64,000 nucleotides of DNA from NCBI GenBank assembly GCA_026709625.1, contig JAPOSR010000044.1, positions 186 through 64,185 on the forward strand, read 5' to 3'. Both the position numbers and the translations under genes were made by a program. The stretch is from Chloroflexota bacterium (GTDB lineage: Bacteria > Chloroflexota > Anaerolineae > Aggregatilineales > Phototrophicaceae). Every line of letters starts with the position of its first letter. The stretch's first letter is position 1. The notes under the pieces were generated by a model. The model was not told the DNA's origin. It saw nothing but the letters and a program-made list of their open reading frames with translations, and ran no database searches. Below are positions 27,606 to 36,543 of the stretch, one piece after another.

Positions 27606-28934
27606 ATGATGTCGTCCAGAAAATTGCGCCTCACGATTTTGCTGTGCCTGCTGACCACGCTGGCAACCGGCGCAAGCTATGCCGAAGACCGCTGCGACTT
27701 CGCCGAAGACACTGTGCGGCTGGGCGCTGTTGCGCCGCTTTCCGCGCCTGGCTCTGTGACCGGCGGCATCGGCATGCAATGGGGATTCGAGCAGGCCATC
27801 GCCGATATCAACGCGGATTGCGGCATCCAGATCGATGGCGCGAATCATCGCCTGGATATTGTCATCGCCGATTCGGAAGGCGTGTCGGAATATGGGCAGG
27901 CGGTTGTTGAGCGGCTGATCTTGCAAGACAGGGTGCAGGGCATCGTTGGCTTTTATCACAGCGCAGTCGGGCTGGCGACCATGGCCATGGCGCAGCGCTA
28001 TCGCATACCCACGATTTATGCCCACCCCCGCAACGACAACATCAGCGCCGCCGGTTATGTCGAATTTGAGGGCAAGCCGCCGCGCCGCAGCCAGGGCGTC
28101 GACTATGTCTTCCGCATCTCGCCGCCCAGTTCCATCGTCGGCAAGACCGTGACCGACTGGCTGGTCTCGCTGGGCGTGGCTGATGTGGTGATTATCCTGG
28201 AAAACACCGACTATGGGCACCCTGCCGCCGCCGCCGAACGAGCGCACCTGGAACAAGCCGGCGTTCATGTCGAGCAGCTGGAAATCGAGCTGGGCACCGA
28301 AGACTTCGTGCCCATCCTCAGCCGCATCCAGGCGCGTCCCGAGCCGCCCGATGCCATTCGCCTGCTGGTGAGTGGCGAAACTGCGTATAACCTCACGCAG
28401 CAAATGGTCGAGCTGGGCTTGGCGCCAACAGCCGACACCATCTGCGTCACCAATCACCTGGCTTTCCAGTCGACGCAATACTGGAACAATGTCCCCGATG
28501 GCAACTTCTGCGCATTTGACCGCGTCGGCACGGTGCCCAGCCTGTACACCGACCTGGCAGCCAAACTGGACCAGCGCTACCAGGAAGACTTCGGCGATAC
28601 CCTGGTCAGCTTCGCCATGGAAGCCTATGACAGCGTTTGGCTCATGGCCGACGCGATGCAGCGAGCCGGCAGCTATGCCGATGCAGACGCTGTCGTCGCG
28701 GCGCTGGAGCTGGCAGACATTGAGCTTTCGCAGGGGCGTTATTATTTTGAATATGGCAGCCACAACCCCGACCTGCCCGCCGATGCGCCCGCTTATATGT
28801 GGCATCAATGGCCCGTGCCGGTCGTGACCGTGATGCAATACTTCGCAGCCGGGCAAAGCAGCCTGGATGCCGCTGTCGTCTGGCCAGCGATCTATCAGAC
28901 GCATGGCGCCTCGTATTTCGAGCCAGACAACTGA
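27606..28934 (+). CDS. Periplasmic-binding-protein type 1 (Leu/Ile/Val-binding-like) ABC substrate-binding protein, copy 1
   Basis: Signal peptide MMSSRKLRLTILLCLLTTLATGASYA, then VRLGAVAPLSAPGS..GFYHSAVG... Paralogous to 29025-30383 along the whole length. Confidence 0.75.
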   Translation: MMSSRKLRLTILLCLLTTLATGASYAEDRCDFAEDTVRLGAVAPLSAPGSVTGGIGMQWGFEQAIADINADCGIQIDGANHRLDIVIADSEGVSEYGQAVVERLILQDRVQGIVGFYHSAVGLATMAMAQRYRIPTIYAHPRNDNISAAGYVEFEGKPPRRSQGVDYVFRISPPSSIVGKTVTDWLVSLGVADVVIILENTDYGHPAAAAERAHLEQAGVHVEQLEIELGTEDFVPILSRIQARPEPPDAIRLLVSGETAYNLTQQMVELGLAPTADTICVTNHLAFQSTQYWNNVPDGNFCAFDRVGTVPSLYTDLAAKLDQRYQEDFGDTLVSFAMEAYDSVWLMADAMQRAGSYADADAVVAALELADIELSQGRYYFEYGSHNPDLPADAPAYMWHQWPVPVVTVMQYFAAGQSSLDAAVVWPAIYQTHGASYFEPDN

Positions 28935-29024
28935 AGCCAATTTCCGCTTCTGCCAGCCGGCGCAAAGCCAAGTTGCGCGCTTTGGTTGACAGCCCAGTCC
29001 AATATCGCTTACACTTGTCTATAG

Positions 29025-30383
29025 ATGTCCATTGAAAAGAATGTGGAGACTCTTATCCGCTACATTACCGCAGTATTGATAGCAACGCTTGTTCTGTTTT
29101 CGCTCGCAGCGCCAGCCACAATCGCCGACTCGCAGTGCGAATTCGCCGAAGAAGTCATCCGTCTCGGTGGCATCGCGCCGCTTTCACCGCCCGGAGCAAC
29201 TGGCGCCGGCGTGATTATCGACTGGTCTTATCAACAGGCGGCCGCCGATATCAACGCGCAATGCGGGGTCGATATCGCTGGCGTCAACCATCGCGTAGAG
29301 GTGCTGACTGGCGACAGCGAAGGCATCTCTGAACGCGGGCAGGCGCTGGCTGAGCGCTGGATCTTTGAAGATGGCGTGCATGGCGTTGTCGGTGGCTACC
29401 ATAGCGCGGTGGCGCTGGCAATGATGATCGTGACGCAGGAAAATGCCGTGCCCACCCTCTTCGCCGGGCCTTGGAATGACAACATCACCGCCAATGGCAT
29501 CGGCGAATTTGAAGGCAGAGCGCCGCGCAGCGAAGGTGGCCTCGACTATATCTTTCGCACTTCACCGGCCAACTCGATGGTGGCGGCGGTGGCGGCGAAC
29601 TGGTTCATTGATCTCGGCTTGGATGATGTCATCATCATGACCGAGAACACCGATTATGGCATCCCGGCCGCAGCCGATGAAACCGTCCTGTTGGAAGCGG
29701 CTGGCGTGACAGTCGAGCAGTTCAGCTTCGAGCTGGGCACTGAAGACTTTGTGCCGGTGCTCAACCGCGTCCTGGCGCGCCGCGAACCGCCGGATGCCAT
29801 TCGCGTGCTGGTTACGGGCGAGACCGGCTTCAACCTGGTGCAGCAGATGGCTGAGCTGGGTATCGCGCCCAGCGCCGATACCATCTGCGTCGCCGAAAGC
29901 TTCGCCGGCGATTCAACGCAGTTTTGGGCGGCTGTGCCCGATGGCAACTATTGCGCTTTCACCCGCGTCGGCGCCACGCCCGCGCTCTTTGGCGATATCG
30001 CGCATGATGTCAACGCCCGCTATACAGCCGAGTGGGGCGGCGTCGCCCCCAGCTATTCGCTCGAGCCATATGACAGCGTGTGGCTGATGGCCGCGGCCAT
30101 GGATGCCGCCGACAGCTTCAACGACGCCGATGCCATTGTCGCCGCGCTGGAGACCATCGACATCGAGCTGGCGCAAGGACGCTATTACTTCGAGTATGGC
30201 AGCCACAATCCAGACTTGCCCGAAGGCGAGCCCACCTATCTGTGGCATCAATGGCCCGACCCGATTGTGACAGTCGTGCAATACTTCGAGCAAGATCAGA
30301 GCGCGCTCGATGCGGCGGTAATCTATCCGCCGGTCTATCAGACGCATGGCGCTGCCTATATCCAGCCAGGCACGATGCCATGA
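29025..30383 (+). CDS. Periplasmic-binding-protein type 1 ABC substrate-binding protein, copy 2
   Basis: N-terminal TM/signal then IRLGGIAPLSPPGA..GGYHSAVA... Shares four conserved Cys and the C-terminal YYFEYGSHNPDLP..WHQWP..YQTHGA block with copy 1. Confidence 0.75.
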   Translation: MSIEKNVETLIRYITAVLIATLVLFSLAAPATIADSQCEFAEEVIRLGGIAPLSPPGATGAGVIIDWSYQQAAADINAQCGVDIAGVNHRVEVLTGDSEGISERGQALAERWIFEDGVHGVVGGYHSAVALAMMIVTQENAVPTLFAGPWNDNITANGIGEFEGRAPRSEGGLDYIFRTSPANSMVAAVAANWFIDLGLDDVIIMTENTDYGIPAAADETVLLEAAGVTVEQFSFELGTEDFVPVLNRVLARREPPDAIRVLVTGETGFNLVQQMAELGIAPSADTICVAESFAGDSTQFWAAVPDGNYCAFTRVGATPALFGDIAHDVNARYTAEWGGVAPSYSLEPYDSVWLMAAAMDAADSFNDADAIVAALETIDIELAQGRYYFEYGSHNPDLPEGEPTYLWHQWPDPIVTVVQYFEQDQSALDAAVIYPPVYQTHGAAYIQPGTMP

Positions 30384-30480
30384 ATCTAACTGCCACAACC
30401 GGCAAGGGGTAGAATCGCCACAACGGGCGGGTGAAAAGCCCGCTCGTTTTTGTTTTCATCGGCGCCAGCAGGAACAGATT

Positions 30481-31404
30481 ATGACATTCCCCACCTTGAG
30501 CGCCGCCTTTCGCCTGGAGCGTTTGCAGCCACCGCGCAGCAAAGTACGCATGGCGCTGGATACCGATGCCTACAACGAGATTGACGACCAATTCGCGCTT
30601 GTATATGCGCTGCTGTCGCCAGAGCAGCTGTCGGTCGAAGCGGTATATGCCGCGCCATTTCACAACAGCCGCTCCGATTCGCCTGGCGATGGCATGCGGA
30701 AGAGCTATGACGAGATTCTACGCCTGCTGGAATTTTTGAACATAACTGTCGATGGCTTTGCCTACCGCGGCGCAGATTCGTATCTGGGTGCCGGGCGCGC
30801 GCCGGTCGAAAGCGCCGCCGTCCGCGACCTGATCGACAAAGCCCTGTCCAGCCCCGATGACGATCCCCTCTATGTCGTTGCCATCGGCGCAATTACCAAT
30901 GTGGCTTCGGCGCTGCTGCTCGCGCCCGAGATCATCCGCAAGGTCGTGGTGGTCTGGCTGGGCGGACATGCCTTGCACTGGGGGCACACGCGCGAATTCA
31001 ACCTGGCGCAGGATGTGCCGGCGGCGCAAGTCGTGCTGGACAGCGGCGTGCCTCTTGTCATCGTGCCCTGCCTGGGCGTCAGCTCGCACTTGCTGACGAC
31101 TCTGCCCGAGCTGCGCGCGAGCATCGGCGGCACGAGCGCAGTGGGCGATTACCTGTGTCAGATCTTCGCCGAATATCGCCCGGACAGCTTCGCGGCATCC
31201 AGCGTGATATGGGATATTTCGACCATTGCCTGGCTCATCAATGCCGATTGGCTGCCCAGCGAGCTGACGCACAGTCCGCTGCTGACCGACCAAGTCACCT
31301 GGAGCATCGACCGCAGGCGGCATCTTGTGCGCGTGGCGAGCTTCATCCATCGCGACCCGGTCTTCCGCGATATGTTCAGCAAGATCCGCGGGCTGGACGG
31401 CTGA
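30481..31404 (+). CDS. Nucleoside hydrolase (IUNH family)
   Basis: N-terminal aspartate cluster MALDTDAYNEIDDQFAL and a later VVAIGAITNVA. ATG at 30481. Confidence 0.75.
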   Translation: MTFPTLSAAFRLERLQPPRSKVRMALDTDAYNEIDDQFALVYALLSPEQLSVEAVYAAPFHNSRSDSPGDGMRKSYDEILRLLEFLNITVDGFAYRGADSYLGAGRAPVESAAVRDLIDKALSSPDDDPLYVVAIGAITNVASALLLAPEIIRKVVVVWLGGHALHWGHTREFNLAQDVPAAQVVLDSGVPLVIVPCLGVSSHLLTTLPELRASIGGTSAVGDYLCQIFAEYRPDSFAASSVIWDISTIAWLINADWLPSELTHSPLLTDQVTWSIDRRRHLVRVASFIHRDPVFRDMFSKIRGLDG

Positions 31405-31553
31405 TTTCCAGCGTGATTTGACCTACCACTCTCATAACGATATACTTGGAATTGCGCTAGGCAGACAAAAGGGCAATGGGCGAATTGGATAAGGTCAATA
31501 GAATCGTGATAGCTGAAGAGAAAGAATGAAAAAGCTAAGTAACGATTGCAGCG

Positions 31554-31949
31554 GTGTTCGTGCTGGCGGTGAGCATTGCCGCGTATTCGTTTAGCTGGTC
31601 CGAAGTCTGGAGCAGCGTAATCGAAACCGCCCTGGATTTCCCACCAGACGCAAACGACGAATTTACTCAGGAATACCTTGATGGTATGCGCGAGTGGGGC
31701 ATTGTCGTCGATGAGTGGGCGGATTGCAACGAGATTTTCGACAAGCTGGACAAGCTGGCTTTGGATACGTACCCAGAACATGAGGACTATGTAGAAGACC
31801 TCAAGCTGGCTGGCGATTGCTTCTCTGTGCTGATTTCAATGGAGCGGCTTCGCTATATTGTATGGCAAACCTGGCAAGCGATGGGCAAGAGTGATCCAGT
31901 AGGAATTGAATCCGCGGCGGCGGACTATCGTGAGTGGAGGAAAGAGTAG
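31554..31949 (+). CDS. Acidic hypothetical protein with an N-terminal hydrophobic segment
   Basis: GTG start per the ORF track (FVLAVSIAAYSF..). An ATG at 31526 (MKKL..) is one nucleotide out of frame. Lies in an AT-rich islet. Confidence 0.45.
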   Translation: MFVLAVSIAAYSFSWSEVWSSVIETALDFPPDANDEFTQEYLDGMREWGIVVDEWADCNEIFDKLDKLALDTYPEHEDYVEDLKLAGDCFSVLISMERLRYIVWQTWQAMGKSDPVGIESAAADYREWRKE

Positions 31950-32416
31950 AAACTGTGCAGCTATCCGCAGATATGTTGGTGACTATCGGCAGTGTCGTTG
32001 TCTTGTTTTTGACGATTGTCTATCACTTTCGGACACTAGACACGAAGATTGATACCACGCGCAAGGAATTGAAATCCGACATTAAAGACAACAGCGACAA
32101 AGTTGATACTACGCGCCTGGAGTTGCTGTCTGAAATCAAAGTCAACCGAACCGAGCTGAAGTCCGAAATCAATGCCAACAGTGAAAAAATTGATGTCTAT
32201 CGAGCAGAGAACAAGATAGACCTCAAAGCCAACAGCGATAAGATGGACGCCAACCGAGCCGAGTCCAAGGCAGACATCGCTGCGCTGACGGAGCGAATCA
32301 ATGATCTAAACGACACCGTCAAGGACTTGCAGGGCGATATTCGCGTGCTGCAGGTGCAGGTGAAGAATATCGAAGAAAAGCTCGACCGCGACCAAGTCGG
32401 CACATTGCCCGGCTAG
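31934..32416 (+). CDS. N-terminally membrane-anchored coiled-coil protein with 11-residue periodicity
   Basis: TM MLVTIGSVVVLFLTIVY, then TTRKELKSDIK/DNSDKVDTTRL/ELLSEIKVNRT/ELKSEINANSE/KIDVYRAENKI/DLKANSDKMDA/NRAESKADIAA units, then a C-terminal LQGDIRVLQVQV. True start may be the GTG near 31955. Confidence 0.55.
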   Translation: MEERVETVQLSADMLVTIGSVVVLFLTIVYHFRTLDTKIDTTRKELKSDIKDNSDKVDTTRLELLSEIKVNRTELKSEINANSEKIDVYRAENKIDLKANSDKMDANRAESKADIAALTERINDLNDTVKDLQGDIRVLQVQVKNIEEKLDRDQVGTLPG

Positions 32417-32437
32417 CTCACCGCAAACGCAGCGAGC

Positions 32438-32839
32438 TCACTTCAGTTTGGGCAGGTATTGGCTCGCCTGCACAATCAGTTCGCGCACGGCGGGCTTTTG
32501 CAGGTCGGCAGCCTGGCGGATCTTGATATGCCGCAGGTTTGCGCCTTTGCCTTCCAGCAGATTCGCGGGGTCGGGCAAATGCGCACCATACATGAAACCG
32601 AGGTTGAGATGCTGCTTAAAGGGCGCAATATAACAAAAATGCTGCGACATCTTCTTGGGGCCGACGCCATAGCCAACATATTTCTGGCGCGCCCAGGGCA
32701 CCTCGGTGATGCCCGGCATGACATCCGCCAGCAGCTCGCGGGCAGCGCGCGCCATGGCTTGGATCTCTGGCGACGCATTGGCGATCACATCCTGGAAGCT
32801 GCCGTTGCCGCCCACGGTCTTGATATTGGGATCGGTCAT
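32438..32839 (-). CDS. DUF1801 (YdhG-like) domain protein
   Basis: Size (133 aa) and the pattern ..VGYGVGPKKMSQHFCYIAPFKQHLNLGF..G..L.. are typical of DUF1801. Confidence 0.65.
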   Translation of the reverse strand: MTDPNIKTVGGNGSFQDVIANASPEIQAMARAARELLADVMPGITEVPWARQKYVGYGVGPKKMSQHFCYIAPFKQHLNLGFMYGAHLPDPANLLEGKGANLRHIKIRQAADLQKPAVRELIVQASQYLPKLK

Positions 32840-32974
32840 AATTTTTTGCCTCTCGCTGCCAAGGCTGCCAATGTAACTGCTGTCCGCCGCCGAGTCAACG
32901 CAAGGCTGCCCGCGCTTGTTCCGCGCCTGTGATATACTCGCGCTCAGTCAGCCCGCGCTCGAGATACAGCATTC

Positions 32975-33979
32975 ATGCCCAAAGTCAGCGTCGTCATGGC
33001 GGTATACAACGGCGAGGCTTACCTCAGCGAAGCCATCGTCAGCATATTGACGCAAACGCTGGCCGACTTCGAATTCCTGGTTGTCGATGATGGCTCGCAA
33101 GATGCTTCGGCGCAGATCATACAAGGCTGGCAGCAGCGCGATGAACGGATTCGTTTGTTGCGGATGAGGCGCAACATGGGCATGGCAGACGCGCGCAATC
33201 GGGGCATCGAGGCCGCGGCGGGCGCCTACATCACCTTTATGGACTGTGATGACATCAGCCTGCCAAAGCGCCTCGAGAAACAAGTCGCCTTCCTAGAGGC
33301 GCATCCTGAAATCGGCGGCGTCGGCACAGAGGGCGAGTTGGTCGACAAAGACTTGTCGCAAACGCTCTACCGATTTCGCCTGCCACAGCAGCATGCCCTA
33401 ATCCTGTTTGATATGCTGGGCGGCGTCAGCTTTATCTATACCACGGTCATGTTTCGCCGCGAGCTGCTCCAGGCGGTTGGCGGGTATGAAGCGGGCAGAC
33501 GCTCGGGCGAAGAGCGCGAACTGCCCTGGCGCATGCTCAAGCAAACGAGCATACAATTCGCCAATTTGCCCGAAAGCCTCTATCGCTATCGCCGACATGA
33601 ACATTCGCACAGCGCCACTCGCAGCCAGGTTCCGCAGCACCAAGCCCAAGCCGATGAAATCAAAGCGCGTATCTTGCGCGAATTGTGGGGGGAAGCGCCG
33701 CTAGCCAGCCTCGACCGCTTGCAGCGCATGGCCAAGGGGCAGCGCCTCGACTGGGCAGAGCGCAGGCGGGCCAGGCGCGATATGGAACGGCTCATTGACG
33801 CGCTACTCGTCAAGTCGCTGGTCGCGCCGCATGACAAAGCCCTGCTGACAGCGGAAATGCGCCGCCGCCTCGAACGCATGATGCCGCGTTGGGCGCGCAA
33901 GCTCTCGCAATGGCGCAGGACGGGCTTTCATCGACGCGTTCAGCCTGCTGCCAGCGGCGACGAGCCTGACGCAGGTTGA
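32975..33979 (+). CDS. Glycosyltransferase family 2
   Basis: VSVVMAVYNGEAYLSEAIVSILTQT..FEFLVVDDGSQD..ARNRGI..ITFMDCDDIS (DxD). Confidence 0.85.
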   Translation: MPKVSVVMAVYNGEAYLSEAIVSILTQTLADFEFLVVDDGSQDASAQIIQGWQQRDERIRLLRMRRNMGMADARNRGIEAAAGAYITFMDCDDISLPKRLEKQVAFLEAHPEIGGVGTEGELVDKDLSQTLYRFRLPQQHALILFDMLGGVSFIYTTVMFRRELLQAVGGYEAGRRSGEERELPWRMLKQTSIQFANLPESLYRYRRHEHSHSATRSQVPQHQAQADEIKARILRELWGEAPLASLDRLQRMAKGQRLDWAERRRARRDMERLIDALLVKSLVAPHDKALLTAEMRRRLERMMPRWARKLSQWRRTGFHRRVQPAASGDEPDAG

Positions 33980-34163
33980 TGGATCGAGAAGAGGCTCATT
34001 CCATTGTATGGCGCAAGCTCGGGCAAGAGCGCATAGACATCATCGCGGAAAAAGAACTTGCCTTTTCGAGGGTCCGGCTTTGCGCGCCCCAACAGCCACG
34101 AGCGACAAGGCTGCCCGACTGATTTGATTAAGAATTGCTCTCAACCCACTTTGCTGACGGTTT

Positions 34164-36476
34164 TTAACTCGGTGACTGGGCGGATTGCATAGCTTCCCAA
34201 ACGCGGCGGGGCGTCAAGGGCATGTCGATATGGCGCAGGCCCAAGGGACGCAGCGCATCCATGACGGCGTTGACCACAGCGGGCGTCGAGCCAATGGTGG
34301 CGGCTTCGCCAATGCCTTTCACACCCAGGGGATTTAGCGTGGTTGCGGTCACGGTCTGATCCAGCGTAAAGTGCGGGAAGTCGTCGGCGCGCGGCAGGGT
34401 GTAATCCATCATGGTGCCGGTCAGCAATTGCCCGCCTTCGTCGTAAATGACCTGCTCGAGCAGCGCTTGCCCGATACCCTGCGCCAAGCCGCCGTGAATC
34501 TGTCCAGCCGCCAGCAGCGGGCTGATGCGCGGGCCGCAATCGTCCACGGAATAATAGGCGCGCAGGCTGATGATGCCGGTTTCGCGCTCGATTTCGACTA
34601 CGGCGATATGGGTGCCAAATGGATAGATGAAAGAGGGCGGGCGGAAGAAATCAGTGCCTTCGAGGCCTGGGTCGATATCGGCGGGCAGGCGCTGGCTATA
34701 CGCGCGCTGGGCGATCTGGCTCAGCGTCAGGCTGCTGCCGGGCGCGCCTTTGACGCGGTATTCGCCATCAGCCAATTCGATATCGCCGGGGGCTGCCTCC
34801 AGCATGTGCGCCGCGATCTTTATGGCTTTTTCGCGGACGGCTTTGGAGGCGCGAACGATGGCCGAGCCGCCCACAGCCAGGCTGCGGCTGCCAAATGTGC
34901 CAACGCCAGCCGGCTGCGAGCCCGTATCACCATGGCGCACAATGATATTGTCATACGCCGCGCCAATTTCATCGGCGACGATCTGGGCGAAGGTCGTCTG
35001 CAAGCCTTGGCCATGTGGCGACGCGCCGGTGTAGACAGTGACTGTGCCGCCGGGCTCCACGCGCACAACGCCGCTTTCGTAAGGACCAAAACCGCACATC
35101 TCGACATAAGTCGCCATGCCAATGCCCAGCAGGCTGCCGGCAGCGGCGGCTTGCCTTTGCGCCTGTTCGGCGCGCAACGTGTGATAATCAGCCGCTCGCA
35201 GCGCTGTGTCCAGGTTCTTTTCGTAGTCACCGGTGTCATACGTCGAGCCAGTGGGCGTCTGATAAGGGAACTGGTCAGGCTGGATATAATTGCGCCGGCG
35301 CACATCGGCTGGGTCAATGTCAAGCTCGCCCGCGATCATGTCGATGGCGCGTTCGATGTAATAGATGGCCTCGGGTCGGCCCGCCCCGCGATAAGCCGCC
35401 ACCGCGACCGTGTTGGTGAAGACATTGCTGTTTTTGAAGTGCACGGCGGGAATGTCATAGTTGCCGGTCGCCATGAGCCCCGTCATGAACGACAGGTCAT
35501 AGAAGGGTGGATAAGCGCCCAGCTCGCCAATCACATACAGGCGCAGTCCCAAGATGCGCCCCGCATCGTCAAAAGCGACTTCGACATCGGCGATCTGCGA
35601 GCGGCCCTGCGTGGTGGCGCTGAAGTGTTCAGAGCGCGTGCCCGACCAGCGCAATGGCTTGTTGTGCCGCTGCGCCAGCTTTGCCAGCGCCATCTCTTCG
35701 GGATACAGCTGGTTCTTCACGCCAAACCCGCCGCCGACATTGGGCGCGATGACCCGCAACGTGTTTTCGGGCATACGCAGCGCCTCTGCCAATGCCGAGC
35801 GCACGCCATGGGGGATCTGCGTACTCGTCCACAGAGTCAAACCGCCAGTTACGGCATCGGGCGCGGCCAGCGCGGCGCGAACTTCCATCGGCACGCCAGC
35901 CAGCCGCTGACTGCGCATGCGCTGGCGCAAGGTGTGTGGCGCGTTGTCAAAAACAGCATCGACATCGCCGCTCTTCGTCTCGCCCGCATTGGCGATATTG
36001 CTGTCTAGCCCAGTGAAGATCGGTGGCGCAGCGCCTTCATAAGCCGTCATCAGATCGGCCGCAGCCGGCAATTCTTCATACTCCACAGCGATATCGTCCA
36101 GGGCGTCCGCCGCGATTTCGGCGCTCTGGGCGATGACAGCCGCCACGATCTCGCCCACATGCCGCACAGTCCCCGCCGATATCGCATAGTGGCTGTAGTT
36201 GGCGCGCGCCTCGCTGCCGCCGGCGACTGGCACTGTCGCCCATTCATCTTGCAGATCTGCGCCAGTGACCACGGCATAAACGCCCTGGCGCGATTCTGCG
36301 GCTGCGCGGTCGATGTCGAGGATATTCGCATGCGCATAGGGACTGCGCAAGAATGCCACATGCGCCATGCCCGGCAATTTGATATCGCCGACATATTTGC
36401 CAGCGCCGTTGATTAAACCAGGGTCTTCCTTGCGTTTGATGTTTGCGCCTATCAGCGAGCGTAATGCCATGTCCAT
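34164..36476 (-). CDS. Xanthine dehydrogenase/CoxL-family molybdopterin-binding large subunit
   Basis: 770 aa. N-terminus IKRKEDPGLINGAGKYVGDI.. (a/b hammerhead), GGGFG motif (APNVGGGFGVK), C-terminal LNPLGVKGIGEAATIGSTPAV. Confidence 0.9.
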   Translation of the reverse strand: MDMALRSLIGANIKRKEDPGLINGAGKYVGDIKLPGMAHVAFLRSPYAHANILDIDRAAAESRQGVYAVVTGADLQDEWATVPVAGGSEARANYSHYAISAGTVRHVGEIVAAVIAQSAEIAADALDDIAVEYEELPAAADLMTAYEGAAPPIFTGLDSNIANAGETKSGDVDAVFDNAPHTLRQRMRSQRLAGVPMEVRAALAAPDAVTGGLTLWTSTQIPHGVRSALAEALRMPENTLRVIAPNVGGGFGVKNQLYPEEMALAKLAQRHNKPLRWSGTRSEHFSATTQGRSQIADVEVAFDDAGRILGLRLYVIGELGAYPPFYDLSFMTGLMATGNYDIPAVHFKNSNVFTNTVAVAAYRGAGRPEAIYYIERAIDMIAGELDIDPADVRRRNYIQPDQFPYQTPTGSTYDTGDYEKNLDTALRAADYHTLRAEQAQRQAAAAGSLLGIGMATYVEMCGFGPYESGVVRVEPGGTVTVYTGASPHGQGLQTTFAQIVADEIGAAYDNIIVRHGDTGSQPAGVGTFGSRSLAVGGSAIVRASKAVREKAIKIAAHMLEAAPGDIELADGEYRVKGAPGSSLTLSQIAQRAYSQRLPADIDPGLEGTDFFRPPSFIYPFGTHIAVVEIERETGIISLRAYYSVDDCGPRISPLLAAGQIHGGLAQGIGQALLEQVIYDEGGQLLTGTMMDYTLPRADDFPHFTLDQTVTATTLNPLGVKGIGEAATIGSTPAVVNAVMDALRPLGLRHIDMPLTPRRVWEAMQSAQSPS

Positions 36477-36543
36477 CAGCTCCTTATTCTTATGGGGCTT
36501 ATGTCAGTCAATGGTGTCTGTCCATTCAATGACACTCGCGCGA

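Noticed and set aside
34371-36008. 545-aa plus-strand ORF inside the CoxL-type gene
   Set aside because: It is an antisense shadow. The minus-strand frame reads through 770 aa with GGGFG and the C-terminal molybdopterin-binding motifs.
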